From assembly GCF_035594765.1 (NCBI RefSeq), contig NC_085846.1, positions 68,187,190 through 68,251,189 on the forward strand: DNA of 64,000 bases, read 5' to 3'. A program made the position numbers and the translations under genes. This document shows, piece after piece, positions 24,601 through 39,600 of this stretch. The notes under the pieces were generated by a model, which did no database searches, was not told the origin of the DNA, and saw only the letters and a list, made by a program, of their open reading frames with translations. Position 1 is the stretch's first letter. Each line of letters starts with the position of its first letter. The DNA comes from Anolis carolinensis (taxonomy: Eukaryota).

Positions 24601-27600
24601 ACAATCAACCACTAAAGGAAAAGGCATGCATTTCAGAAATAAATATTTAGTGTCAGTATGGAAACTGGGTCATTGCTGGTATTATACTGTTCTGTTCCCA
24701 ATGCTTTTTAACCTTCAATGAAAAGGTGGAAGAGATCATCTGAATGCATGGGGTAGGGTGCTATTAGTATGCTGATGATACCAAAATATATTTCTCCATG
24801 CCTTCCAAAACAGCTAAGGATCACATATTTCCTCTGAATGAAAGCCTGGAGGATGTAATGGGCTGGATGAGGAAAAACAAATTGAAACTGAATTCATATA
24901 AGACAGAGGTGCTTGCCATTAAGGGTCCTAATCTGTGGATGGAGGTGTGTCAGCCAGCCCTGGATGGGTTTACATTCCTGTTGAAAGACTGTTCACAGCT
25001 TGGAAGTGCTCATGGATCTGTCTATCCAAATGTCAGCTATGGTGAGGAGTGCTTTCTACCAGCTTTGGCTGATACACCCAATCCGAGAATTAGAATAACT
25101 AAAGATGGCAGTGCATGCACTGGTAACCTCAAGGCTGGACTTCTGCAATGCATTATATATTGGGCTACTTCTGTGCCAAATTCGGAAACTCCAATTAGTT
25201 CAAAATACAGCAGCCAGACTAGTTACAGGAACATCTAGGAGTTAGTATATTAAAACCAATTAGTTATTGTGCAAAGAACAAAATGTTGGTTTGATCTTTA
25301 AAGCCCCCCATACAATGCGCATGGTACACTTTGGTCCTCTGTGGGCGGCTGCTCCAACCAGTCAAAACCCAACTGGTGACTGTCACCCACAGGACCTTTT
25401 CATCAGCTGTTCTGAGACTGTGGAATGACTTGCCAGAAGAGCTCTGACAGCTAAATGAGTTGTCAGAATTAAAAACACAACTAAAAACCCATCAAAGTTA
25501 ATGTTGATGTATTAGATTCATCTTATTTTTGTCAAGTTTTAATGTTACTCTGTCTTCCAATGTCTAACTCACAATGTCCATAGGGTCGCATTTTTCGTGA
25601 CATCACACTGTCTGAAGTAAGCCCAGTAGAGCGGTCTGCCTTGTATGTAGCTTTGATGGAAACCTTGGCCCAGCTGCACTCATTCAACATGAATTCACTT
25701 GGACTTCAAAGCTATGGAAAAGGAGCTGGCTACTGTAGGAGACAAGTAAGTGCCTAAATTCTCCACTTTATTGTATGATTTCTTGTGCTAGTATTTTGTA
25801 TGCAAACACTCTCCTTGCCATTTGAAGAAAGAATGAGTGTATTTTGCATTTCAGACATTGCAGGTTTAATTCCAAATTTGCAGGTTTAACTTTTGTGGAT
25901 TTGATTATTCACATATTTGATTAATGTCTGGTAGAAGTTGACAATACAGCTACTTTGGAAGTTCTAAAATTTCCTAAAGAGAATAACTCCATGGCCAACT
26001 TACAGAGTCACACTGGAGGGCCTAGAGATTCCTAGAGGAGTGTTACCTCAAGTGAAAACAATAGTATTTATTATTCATGCTTTTGTCACTTTCACAGTGG
26101 TGCTGCACCCCTAACACCTACTAAAAGTGAAGGGCCTGGGGTCATATGAACATCTGAATTTCCACAAAATCTGTCATTTCTTTATTTTTTGTTGCAGAAT
26201 CCCTATAGAAATAGACCTTCAGTACTGACCTTCGATGACTTTGTCAAACAATTATAAATGGATTGCCATGTCCATTTCTTCTATAAACAAACAAGGGAGT
26301 GGGTGGGAAATCTGGAACAACTCCCTCCCCAACAAATCTACGATTTCAAGTGGCGTATCCCTCCCACACACTCCATAACATGATTTATTACTACAAATCA
26401 TGCCCTATGCTTTTTGGAAGATTGCCAAACCATGATGCAATGGAGTTGAACTGATTTAGTCAGTGTCATTGGATTCAGGAGGATGTGAAAATTCTCACTG
26501 AGTTGAATAAATGCAAATTGCATATCCATTTGGATTTGTTTTTAGGTATCTGGTTGGAAAAGACAGTATAAAGCAGCTGCTCATACCGACATCCCCGCAA
26601 TGAATGAGTTGGCTGAATGGTTAATGAACCATCTCCCTTCCAATGATAATGAAGACAAGATAACCCATGGAGACTTCAGATTAGAAAACATCATATTTCA
26701 TCCACGAGAGGTATCTGTCAAGCGGCTTGTAACATTCTCAATTCTGTTTGTAGTGATGGGGAACCATTCCAAAGGTTCAGACATTGGTAGTGGTTGGGGG
26801 TTGTGGAAGCCTTAGTTAAAATGGAGGACCAAGATTCCCTTCATTTGGCATAGAGGCTTAATATCAACATAAATACAGAGGCTGAATTTACAATCCTAAT
26901 CTAAGTGCTAAATTGAAAGTGACTGAGGAAATGTCTGCGTGAAAGACCACAAGAACACTTCTCCCCCCCCCAAAAATCCAAGGATTGTTTTTTCTTTCTT
27001 TCACTAGTCTCTATTTTTGTTATGATTCCATTTTGATGGCCATACTTATATATCTCTGCTTTTTTTTACATGCTGGATGGAGCTGATGAAATAAACTTAT
27101 CTGCTTTTTCCTCTTTTCTCAATTTTGCTGCTCACACATGGTCGGTATGGGGTTCTGGAAGCAGCTTCTGTTCACCTTGCCCTTTTGTAAACATGCCGGC
27201 CACATAACCTAGGTGGCGTCTATGGACAACGCTGGCTCTTTGGCTCAGAAATGGAGATGAGCACCACCCCCAGAGTTGGACATGACTAGACTTAATGTCA
27301 GGGGAACCTTTACCTTTACCTTTTGAAATGGAGCGGTTATGGCCCAAGAATACCATAGAGTCATGCTGGAGGATATAGAAAGTGCCTAAAATGAACATGG
27401 TTTGTTGGACAAGGATAAATGAAACTACGCATAACAGTCCTTTAGATCCAGAGGGTTGTACCGTATGTGCAAATATATATGTTACAAAATTTATAACATG
27501 CATATAAATTTACTCTTTTGAGGTGGTGAATCTTTCTAAACCATTTTATAGCCAATTATTCAAAGTTTTCTTTCTGCATTTCTCCACCTCCAGACTCGTG

Positions 27601-30600
27601 TTGTAGCGGTGCTGGACTGGGAACTTTCAACTGTGGGACATCCTCTCGCAGACTTTGCTTATGCTGCTTCATTCCTCTTTACCCCCAGATCTCTTAAGCA
27701 TGTATCCTTCAAGAATGTAAGAAATGTTGCAGGTATGTATCCTTCTGTATTGGATTCCTTCTTTATGTTGTCCCCACAGTTCCAAACACGTGGGTTCCTG
27801 ACACTCATTTGTCCCCTTGTCTGCTTGTTATCCCTCCATGAATCAAATAGTTGGGAGAGGGCCTTCTCCATGGTGGCCCCCCGGCTCTGGAACTCGCTTC
27901 TCATGGAGATCAGGCAAGCCCCCACTCTGGCAGTATTTAGGAAGAGCTTGAAAACCTGGCTCTTCACACAGGCCTTTGGATAATTAGGATTGCCAATCTC
28001 CATGATAAATCCTGTATCTATGACCAATTCCCCACCGGTTGTACTTCTGCCTTTTTAATCTGATATAACCGCAGGGTTCATTCCCAACCCAAATTGCCCT
28101 CTCATGAAGTTATAGCACTTTATCTTCTACCTTGGGTTTACAAAATTCACATGGCACACTTTACCCAGTTTGTTTTATAATCTTTCTGTGTTTAAATTAT
28201 GTTTTATTAAGTTTGCTATTTTATTTTTATATGTTAATGCTTAAATTTTATAATTGTGCATGTCTTTTTATTGATGTGTTTTATATTGTTATTGTTTTTA
28301 TTTGGGCTTGACCCCATGGAAGCTGCCCCGAGTCCCTTCGGGGAGATGAAGGCGGGGTATAAAAATAAAGTAGTAGTAGTTGTTGTTGTTGTTATTATTA
28401 TTATTAGTGACTGTCTTTTTTATTGCAAGCTGGCAAGTTCTGTATGAGCTAATATGGATTTCAGATAACTTAATACAGCATATCTAGAAATTATATCTGC
28501 AGCAACACTTAATTTCCCAGAATAATGTAATTAATTTTATTCTGGGGACTGTTTTTGTAGAAATATTAAATTTGGTGTGGGTGTGCACACATTTTTTTTT
28601 ACTTAAAAAGAAGGGAACATAGAAATAGAAGCAGGAAAAGATCAGGATAGTGCTTTTGTGTTGCAATCCCTCACTCCCCACATTCCTGAGAAATAAGATA
28701 GGCCTGGGATCAGGAGAGGAGTATGTGCAATAGTGAGTCAGGGCACAGAATCTTCTTTTTGCAGACCTCCTTGTGTAAATGCCACATTGACTTAACCAAT
28801 CTGCTTGAAGAGAGATCCCATTCAAAATTTGGAATAGTTCATTTTGGGAGGCTTCAATATGCAGAAGTCCCAGTGGCCATGCTGACTGAAGCCCAAAACA
28901 ATGCCCAAGCTTTGGTTCAGCATACCTGAGGGGGCTGTAGGTTTTTTAAACACCTGTGTAAATCACGTGCCAAAATCAAAATTCTCACCCCATTCTGTGT
29001 GTTTTTTCTAGGAATTCCTTCATTTGAAGAACTCTGCATGGTTTACTCTCGCAGCAGAGGTATCAGTCATGCTCTGCCTGACCTGAATTTCTTTCGTGCA
29101 CTAGCATGTTTTAAATTAGCATCAATAAGCCAGGTAATATACCCACTGTTATGAATATATGAAAGTTGTGTAAGTTTCAAATGGGAATGTGAAGAACCCT
29201 ATTTCTCAGTTTAATGATACTAAAGCAATCTATAAGAAATAAAAATATTATAAGCTATTTTAGCTAGGAGCAATCTCTCAAATGTATCAATTATTTCTGA
29301 GGAAGATTTGTTCATTTGTGTTGTATTATACGTTGTAGATTATTCAGGTATGTCTCAACATTATAGCATTTTAGACAGATTCACCTGTCTGTACAGTTAT
29401 TGTACTATAATTCCACTTTAACTATTGTACTATAATTCCACTTTGACAACACCCATTGGAATACTAGGATTTGCTGTTTGGGGAGAAGCATTTTGAATTT
29501 TCATTTAGAAATCTTGAACTCTAATATTTTACCAAACTACAGGTCACAGCAGATAATTGTATACTGTGAAGAGAACCCAGATGTTCCATATTTATGTTCT
29601 GGGAGGAAGTGATAGAATGTATTTCTTTCTTTAGCCACTGTTCACATTTGCCTTTCATATTTTGATACTTTTTTTAAAAAAAACCACAACCAAATCAATC
29701 TATCTGAGCTGCTAGCTCCATCACTCAGATGTAATATATTTGTTCTTTAGGGTGTTTATGCCAGATACCTCATTGGAAATTCTTCCGCAGAAAGCAGTGT
29801 TGAGTTTGGTGAGATGGTAAAACCTTTGGCAGAAGTTGGATTACAGTTCACAAAAAAGTAAGTACTGTTTATTTGGAGGGTTTTTGGCATGTATCTTGTT
29901 CATACCAAAGTAATTGCTGTGTGTGAGTGATAGTGGATGTATGGCAACTCTCCATTCTGTTGTTGTATTCAATGCCTGGGATAAAAATTGTTGAAATTTG
30001 AAATATATATAGTTTGGAGTGGTCAATAGTTGTTTGATCTTGGGGTTCTCGTGAAAAGTCGGCAGAAGTCTGGCCCTCCCTAGTCCATTTACATGAAAAT
30101 GCAAATTATAATCTTGCCTAGTCCAAAGGAAAGATGTTAATTAATATTTGCAAAGCTTTTAGAACATCTATAGCCCTAAACCAGTAGCACCAGTGTCAAG
30201 CTTATAAGTGGCTGGGTAAAACTATTCTGCTGTTGAAGACAAAGGACAAAATGGTATCTTTTTGTTCCACATCCAGCAACTTACTGATTTGGCAGTTGAG
30301 TTTTACTGGCAATGAGACAGTATCTTCCAGTGCATAGATGGCAACAGGCTACTTTAGGGACACACAGGGCATCCTGAGCAATATGCACATCCAGGCCCAT
30401 ATTCAGAAATTTTTTTGGGAGGGGTTGAAACTTCTTTCTCCTGTGGTGACTTTTCAGGCCAGTGTCTCCTGATCTCGCACAAGATCACAACAAGGCCCTG
30501 AAATTTCCATTATTATGCAAAGGTTCTTTACAGGTAATAGATTCTGGATCATTGCTCCCTCTTAAATTCAGTTCTTATCAGCCACAAAGGACAATTGTTT

Positions 30601-33600
30601 CCACAATTGATGCTTCTTCTTATCCACAGAAAATACATATCCTGGCAATGTTGTCCATGGATTTTGCACTAACTGAGCATTCACTTGGTCATCAGAAACA
30701 GTCTCGTTTGTATAGAGTTCAAGGTCTAACAATGGCACAGCTTATCTTTGCTCCTGTTCCATGGTTTCCTTGGCAGGACTTGGATTAGATGAGCTAGTGG
30801 GAGATACCTCAGTTTCCACCTGCAATCCAGGTCAAATCCTTCCCTTCTGCCCCGTACCTTAGGCCTCGTCTGCCGGCTACGGGTAGACCATCTTGGTCAC
30901 TTTCACTATGTCAGCTATTGCTACTATTGCAATGTAAATTGGTAGAAAGGTAGCTAATGACAGTGTGAATAATTAAAATTTGATTGAGATGGTGCTTGCA
31001 GTTCTGGAGAGACTCTAATTTTTGTTTCTTATATATTTGGCAGTTAATATTCATAAATAAACCTGTTTTTTTTATTTGAAGAGATTCAGGGATGGTTTGA
31101 ACCCCAAAACTGTCTTCTTGGCTACAGGCTTGTGCACATCTTTAGCCCACCATATCATATTGTTTACCATCCATCAATAACTGTTGCTTGAGGTACCACT
31201 ACTTACTAATTACAGTGTTAGTGTCTCAGCTCTTTGGCAAGGTGATCAAAGGGATAAAACCGTTCAGTTTCATAGTAGAATAAATTTTCTTCTTATTAGG
31301 TAACCCTAGACGCGATTCCATTCTTACCAACAAATGGGAAGGAATGTTGTTGTTGTTTTGAAAAAAAAAGAGTTGAAGTTTTGTTCAGGCCTCATTTTAG
31401 TTTTTCTTCCAGAACATTTGTCCCCACTGATACCCAATGTGGTAGCACAGGGGAAGGGTTCCAGCAGTCTAAAGAGGGCATGGAAATGCTCCAAAAGGTG
31501 AAGGAATTCATGAAAAAATATGTCTTCCCAGCCGAAAAGGTGAGATATATTAAGAACATTGATGCAAACAGACAGAAATTGGGGTCCTACCATCACTTTA
31601 TGAACAGGAAAGAGACTTGATTTTACTTTGGTTCATATTGTATTTGTATGTGGACTGAATTGTGATTCCAAACGTGAGACACCATTTTTACTCCCTATCA
31701 CAGTTCAACAGCACTAGTAAACAGAACCTTGTTTCTCCCACATTAGTTCCATGCTTACTAGACAGAAGGAACCACAGGTGAAAAAGGTCAGGATTCCTGT
31801 ATCATTAGTAAGGTTTATAAAGAGGAGATTTCCATGGGTCTCCTGAGTAGGTGCATAATGAAGAGGTTTCAGTTGGTTTTGTGGCAAGGACTACCTTTAG
31901 GCTGTTAGCAAAGTGTCCTTTAATGGGAAATTATTTTCGTTGTTGCCCCCTCGGACCCACCAGGTAAATAGTGTAGTGTGACTTGTATTAAGCATCTGAG
32001 AGCTCTCTGCCATCTTAATTTACTGTAATTGTAGAGTGATCATAGCCTGAATCGTGTTGGTTAATCCCAACTATGGCTGACTTGCTAAATGATTATTTAA
32101 AACATAGACATTCCTTGTACTCAGTTGGTATATTCTAATTAAGGCTAGTAATCAGATTCAAGGTCATTTATCATGTTTTGTAAAAAAAAGTAGTTCCAAA
32201 TTTGTGGATGAAGGCAGTCTTCTATTTAAAGCTGCCTTCTATATGAAATACAATGTATTCCAAATCTGGTATGAAGATAAAGAACTGTAAGAAGGAAAAA
32301 TGGATATCTTGATACAAACAACTCCTGGGCAATTGTTGAGGCAGATACATAAGTTGCCTGGTCACATTCTTTCTCTTTATTGTGGGTTACAGTTCTTTCA
32401 AAATTTGTACTTCTGTTTCTAAATTTGTGCCACACTTTTTATGCCACTGTGTCTTGTTTTGCTTGGTGATGTTTAAATGGCTGTGTTAATAACAAGGAAA
32501 TAACAGACACTGAAACAGTGTGTAACACAGTTATTTTCTGATTGAATTGATAGGTAAAATATTAAGTAATGTGTAAGTTTAATGGTATTTTACTTTGAAG
32601 CAACTTAATTATGGTTTGTATTATTGTTATTTGTCCATTCTATAGCTCTTGTTATTTAAAGTTGAAGTTACTAAATTTTAATGATCTTTCCTTCAGTTAT
32701 TTATATATTCTTATCAATTTGAGGAAAATAGAATGACGTTGTAATAGTAATATGATGAGGTGTATATATAGAAATATTATGCACTGATCTCAGTATATTA
32801 CCTTATTGTGTTCTCTATTGATTTGATTCATTTTCTCAGGAAATGGCAGAGTATTATGTCAGAAATAAAAATTCCCCTGATGTATGGAAAAAGCCTGCTG
32901 TGCTCGAAAGACTGAAGGTACTCACCTTTCCATTTTGCATACTGTAATTGCAAGACATATTTTATGCAGCTTTATACCCCTTCAGTGATTAGTTGAAGAA
33001 TATTGTATACAGTATATGTCTTTAAAAATAATGTGTACTTAGAGGCTGTTATGTAATGTAGAGGAGTTTATACATCTTGAAACCGGGAGTACAATGTATT
33101 TGCTCGGTTCATAGGCCAGACAAAGTGAGTCTGATGATCGAGATTTGAAAGAGATTTCTCCCACTGATTTTAGCAGCAGATAAGAAATGCCAAGTTCCTC
33201 TCTATTTTCACTGGCTTATGTGTCAAACTATTCATTACAAAAGTTTTACTAAGGATGTTCTCTGCAGCACTTTAAGCTTTTGTATCTGTGTTATGATTTT
33301 TGTATAATAAAATAAAAACATATTTTCCAAGTAATACTGTGGGTATTGTTGTCCAAGTAATACACATGGACAACAATATAAATATTGAACTGTTTTGTCC
33401 TTGGAATCAGGACAAATAATCCTCCCTCTCTCTCACAAACACACACACACACACTGCTGTGTTGGTGTAGTATTTGTACATCTTGAAGTGTTTAGGGAAA
33501 CTCTATGCAGAATATATATGAGAACCATGGGTTTTTGGGAAAAATTTATTTTGTGCAAAACACAATACAAATACAGTACCGCAATCTGGCACCAAAAATA

Positions 33601-36600
33601 GCCAAGTGTGTGAGTGTGTGTGTGTGTAAGATTACTCTTTTTGTGTGCATCAAACAGCAATTTTGCATATGCCTATTTGTTAACTATGCCCCCTCTGTAT
33701 GTATGTATGTATGTGTGTGTGTATAGCCACTTGTGCAGTATAATTTGCCCAAAAAACTAGGGTTATTGGAATACTTGTAGGTAAAAACCATGCAAAAAAT
33801 TCACCTCTTTTTATTCTTCCTGGCTATTGTGAAACCATTTTTTGGCCAGGAAATGAAAAACTGAATATTCCAACCATGTAGGACTCATTATTATGTATAG
33901 ATTCAGTTTGTACAGGACGAGAGTTCAAGAAAGGTTGGGTGTGGATATGCATGGAACTGATAATATTTCTAACCATACTGATTTCAGTTCTAGCTTGAAA
34001 AGAGAGCATTACTGTCTTTTAAAATAGTATTAAGATTTTGTCCTTAAGTCAATTTCCAAAAGTTCTGTAAGCATCTTTGTTGTTAATTTATTTTTATATA
34101 GTTTGTGTCTTCAAAAAACATATGTCTTTTCTAAGTAAAGTAGTGAAAAACAAGAGCTTAGTCCATTCCAAGAGAACCCAAAAGAAGCATTGATCCACCC
34201 TCTCTCTGCTATGGCACCATTTTTGGTCTTTTTGAATGCCTGTTTTGGAAAATGGATAGAGCTACTCGACTTATCCAGAGGTTATATGTAAGGCCATCAA
34301 TTTTAGCTCCAAAGCCTGCCCTAGACTTATACATGAGTATATGCAGTACTCAAAAAGTATCACCTTGTCCTAGCTACCATATTTACTCGAGTGTAATGCA
34401 CAATTGAATCCAAAGCACATCTCAATTTTCAAAACCCTGAAACCAAAAAATGTAATGCGCAGCAGCAAAAAGTGCACTCTTTGAAATTTGGATTAAAAAG
34501 GTGCAAATTACAATGGCTGCATGCTTATAATTCCTTCTTTTAAAACAAAAATGTTAGAACACCAAAGCTTTCAGCAATGGAAAAGAAAACGTTAGGGTGC
34601 ATCTGTGCTATAGAATGAATCCACGTTGACTTTAATGTGAGCTCCAGGCGCTCCTGAAGTACTGGGTTGCGGTGATTTTCTGGGCTGTATGGCCATGTTC
34701 CAGAAGCATTCTCTCCTGATGTTTTGCCCACAACTATGGCAGGCATCCTCAGAGGTGTGAGGTCTGTTGGAAACTAGACAAGTGGGGTTTATATATCTGT
34801 GGAAAGTCTAGGGTGGGAGAAAGAACTCTTGTCTGTTTGAAGCAAATGTGAATGTTGTGAATGTCGCCTTAATTAGCATTTAATGGCCTTGCAGATTCAA
34901 AGCCTGGCTGCTTCCTGCCTTAGGGAATCCTTTGTTGGGAGTGTTAGCTGGCCCTGATTGTTTCATGTCTGGAATTCTCCTGTTTTCAGAGTGTTGTTCT
35001 TTATTTAGTGTCCTGATTTTAGAGTTTTTAAATACTGGTAGCCACTAGCCAGATTTTTGTTTTCATGGTTTCCTCCTTTCTGTTGAAATTGTCCACATGC
35101 TTGTGGATTTCAATGGCTTCTCTGTGTAGTCTGACGTGGTAGTTGTTAGAGTGGTCCAGCCTTTCTGTGTTCTCAAATAATATGATCCTGAAGTAATTTG
35201 CACTTTTGCTTTGGCCCAGCACAAAGATTACAAATTTACCGTATTTCGCAAATCTAATGCACAGCAACTCTAATTTTGGGAAGGTAACTTAACCAAAACA
35301 AGGTGAGCATTAGATTCAAGTAAATATAATATTTTTACATGTACATGTTTGCCACTGATTTCTGTACAAATAGACCCCAACCAACATCTGCTTAGGATTT
35401 CAATTATATTACAATTAGTTTTGAGCACCTCAGATTTGAAAAGTTACTTTTTTGAACTTCTACTCCAAGGAATCTCCAGTACAATTGCTGGATGAGGGAT
35501 ATGAGGAATTATATCAAAATAAAACCCTCCCACCACTTTTTCATATTGTGAACATATTGTTGGTTCATCTTCCTCCTGTTCTCAGGAAAAGGCCAAAGAA
35601 GAGGGTCTCTGGAATCTTTTCTTGCCTGCAGTCAGTGGTATTGGCCAGCTGGACTATGCATTAATTGCAGAAGAGACTGGGAAATGTTTTTTTGCTCCAG
35701 AGGTGTTCAACTGCCATGCACCAGGTTTGTGAAACTCCAACTTCCTTGTCAATTTTTTTTTTAGGTTTTATACCTTATGCAATTTGGTATAGAGCTTTAA
35801 AATCGCACCCTTCTTTGTGTCCCTTAGATACTGGAAACATGGAGGTCTTGCACTTGTATGGGACAGAGGAACAGAAGAAGCAATGGTTGGAACCTCTCCT
35901 AGATGGGAAAATTAGCTCTTGCTTCTGCATGACAGGCAATTATTATTTTTTTCTTTTGTAGTTAGAACTGTTCCCCATGCAACATGGGGGAATAACACAA
36001 TTTTTAAAGACTTCTTGGGCATAACTTCTGTTATAACAGAAATATAGATTAACATGTTTCCAGATTTTCTCTCTCTTCCTCAACATCCTGTATCTTTCTG
36101 TGCCTCATAGAAGTAAACATCTGTGTAGTATTTCAAATCTAATTAGAAAGCATAGTTCAAATGCACATGTCTCTGTCAATATATTGTAGGGATGGTTGAG
36201 GTTTTCTAAGCTTATAGAAATCTAGAAATTATTAAATATCTTCAAAAAGTAAATGTAAAATCTCTTTTAATTTTTTTGAGTTTCTTTCAGAAAACTTCCA
36301 GTCCTTTTGACTCTAAAGTCTTATTTATCTTTACTCTCAGCCAGAGCTTGGAAAAATTACTTTATATTAGACTTAATTTCCCAGCAGTGTATCCCAGTAT
36401 TTCTCAAACTGTGTTCCTCCCAGAAATCCTAGCTAGTTTAGTAGCTGTTAGGAATTGTGGGAGCTGAAATCCAAAACATCTGGGGGAACACAGTTTGAGA
36501 AACTCTGGTGAAGTCAATTTTAGAGTTATAATCTTTAAATGGTAGCTTTTCCTAGTTCTGCTTTCAGTCCTGAAAAATCATCTTGCCTCTCCTTCTACGG

Positions 36601-39600
36601 TTGATGATGGCAGCAGCTCAAGGATATATTGAGGAAGAAGGAGGGGAAGGAAATTGATTTCCCTTTTGCCATTCCTTCTCCATCTCATCCTTACATCTTT
36701 ATAGGAGCATTGGATGCATGATGAGGAATTGTGTATGAGAGATATATCTGCAAATACACAGTCCATGCATTTTGACATGCTGCTACTCAGAGTCATGAAA
36801 GAAAGGGAGAACTAGGGACTGAAAGAACGTTTTATCTTATTCATTTCCCAGTTCGAACTAGGTTTTTCTGACAATAAAAAGGAAGCATACTGGTAATAAA
36901 ACTTGGACATTTTTGTACACTCTGTGCACAAAACACCCACCTTTTTTGCACAGAAAAATTATAACACATAGTAACACTAACATATGGAAGTAATAGTGTG
37001 TAAAGTATTTGTACTCTCTTACAGTAGTGAGATTATTTTTCCACACAGGTGAGGGGAAAACAATTGAAGAGTTTCAACCCATTCTTGTTGTGTGCCTTCA
37101 TGTTGTGTCTGACAGATGACAACCATAGAACAAAGCTATCTCGGCAAGATTTCTCTTCCTCTAAGGCTGACAGAGTGAGCCAACATGCTGTAGTGGGACA
37201 CTGGAAAACCAGGGTTTGAATCTCCACATAGAAACCTTCAGGTCACACTCTCTCAGCCCCAGAAGAAGGCAATGACAATCCTACTCTGAACAAATTCTGC
37301 CAAGAGAGCCTCATGATATGTTTGTAGGGTTGTCATAAATAAAAAATGGTTTGAAAGCACCCAACAGAGCTGACGGACTGTGACTTGACCAAGTGTATTT
37401 CTATGGTTGAGTGGAGATTAAAACCCTACTCAGCCATGGAAACCAGCTGTAGCTCTCCACCTATTATTCCATGCTGCTTCTCATCTTTTGCAGGAGCTTA
37501 CTTCATTCCTCTCCTTGCCTAGTAACCCTGATAATATTATTCTCACCTGCTACTTGCACGTGAGAAAATATTTTATTTATTTATCATGCCAGAAGCGAAC
37601 CTAGGGTACAGTACATGTGAAAAAGATCTTGGAGTCCTTGTGGACAACAAGTTAAACATGAGCCAGCAATGTGATGCAGCTGCTAAGAAAGCCAATGGGA
37701 TTTTGGCCTGCATCAATAGGGGAATAGCGTCTAGATCCAGGGAAGTCATGCTCCCCCTCTATTCTGCCTTGGTCAGACCACACCTGGAATACTGCGTCCA
37801 ATTCTGGGCACTGCAGTTGAAGGGAGATGTTGACAAGCTGGAATGCGTCCAGAGGAGGGCAACTAAAATGATCAAAGGTCTGGAGAACAAGCCCTATGAG
37901 GAGAGGCTTAAAGAGCTGGGCATGTTTAGCCTGCAGAAGAGAAGGCTAAGAGGAGACATGATAGCCATGTACAAATATGTGAGGGGAAGTCATAGGGAGG
38001 AGGGAGCAAGCTTGTTTTCTGCTGCCCTGCAGACTAGGACACGGAACAATGGCTTCAAACGACAGGAAAGGAGATTCCACCTGAACATCAGGAAGAACTT
38101 CCTCACTGTGAGGGCTGTTCGGCAGTGGAACTCTCTCCCCCGGGCCGTGGTGGAGGCTCCTTCTTTGGAGGCTTTTATAAGCAGAGGCTGGATGGCCATC
38201 TGTCGGGGGTGCTTTGAATGCGATTTCCTGCTTCTTGGCAGGGGGTTGGACTGGATGGCCCATGAGGTCTCTTCCAACTCTACTATTCTATGATTCTATG
38301 ATTCTAGTTGTAATGCATTTAAAAACACAAACAAAGTTAAAAACTTGACATACTAAATGTCCTTTGACCAGTACCTGGGCACTTGGAGTGCCTCTGGTGT
38401 TGCTATAAGATCCTCTATTGTGCATGTGGCAGGGCTCAGACTGCATTGTAATAGGTGATCTGTGGTTTGCTCTTCTCCACACTCGCATGTCGTGGACTCC
38501 ATGAGAAAAGATGAAAGTATGCTAAGTCTCTTTAGTGTGGCTTCAGAAAGAAGTGATTGATGGCCCAAGCAACAAGGCATGTTTTATACCAAAATGGTTG
38601 CGTAAGCCTCCCCTTTTCACTTGGATCATGAACGTCTAGATCAGAGGTTTCCAAAGTTTTCATGCTGGTGATGTGCTTCTTAGACATGCATCCTTTTGTG
38701 ACATACATGGCAATTCAGTTTTACTAGCAAATGGGAAGTTAAACCATCCCCTTAAAAGAGTTTCATACTATATATATAGCATATAGTACTAATATATATG
38801 TTTCATATGTTTCTGTCATTCTGCTTGATACAGAACCTGATGTTGCTTCCAGTGATGCTGCCAATATGCAATGCAGCCTTCAGAGAGATGGGGACATCTG
38901 TATTATCAATGGCAAGAAATGGTGGAGCAGTGGTAAGTCAAAAATATTTCCCATTGCAAAATGTGTTGATTCTACTACTTAGTCTATTCCTCCCATATTT
39001 TTGCATTTGCTTCACGAATGCTAGAAAGATAGACTCTGGAGAGCATATGTTTTGTTTGAACAGCGTTTGCAAACATGAAGTTCCAACTTCAGTGTTTATT
39101 TCACTCATGGATTAGCTCATATATGACTTAAATATAGAATCATCTATTTTAGTTGAAACCTGAACTCAGTTTATCTCAACCGTTCTAAAAATAATGGAGA
39201 ATTGTTTCTGAATCTTGTTATATATCCGGTGTCTCTTGGATGTAAATAAATCCAATAATGTTGGAATATGTTTTAAATATTTTAAATAATTTAAATAATT
39301 CTTGTAAATGTTTCAAAGGCTGTTTGAAAAACAGTTTTATTTAGATACAGTGTTTATGTTTTATTCTGCGTAATATAAACAAATTCCAAACAGTTTACAT
39401 CAAGCATATTTCCTACCTTTCCCTAATCGTTGAGATTCAAAACCACTTACAAAATTTAAATAAAAATGATTAAAATACATACAAAAATAGCAGTAAAACA
39501 TATAAAAGTTTTTTTTAAAAAATGCAGGTAAACAATTCATAGAGTTAAAAGACAGTATAAAAGATACAATACAAATCTTGTTTAAACATTACACATTAAC

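Noticed and set aside
29398-29444. 22-bp tandem duplication, plus similar short repeats or hairpins at 2840-2888 and 33343-33380
   Set aside because: Ordinary local slippage or duplication with no sign of function.
30492-30610. Apparent capture of ACAD11 intron 1 sequence by a hAT element (Pack-type transduplication)
   Set aside because: The shared segment translates to hAT transposase-like residues, so both copies are transposon-derived.
37586-38293. 235-aa ORF as a host gene
   Set aside because: It is the C-terminus of CR1 ORF2; its ATG comes from the flanking repeat.
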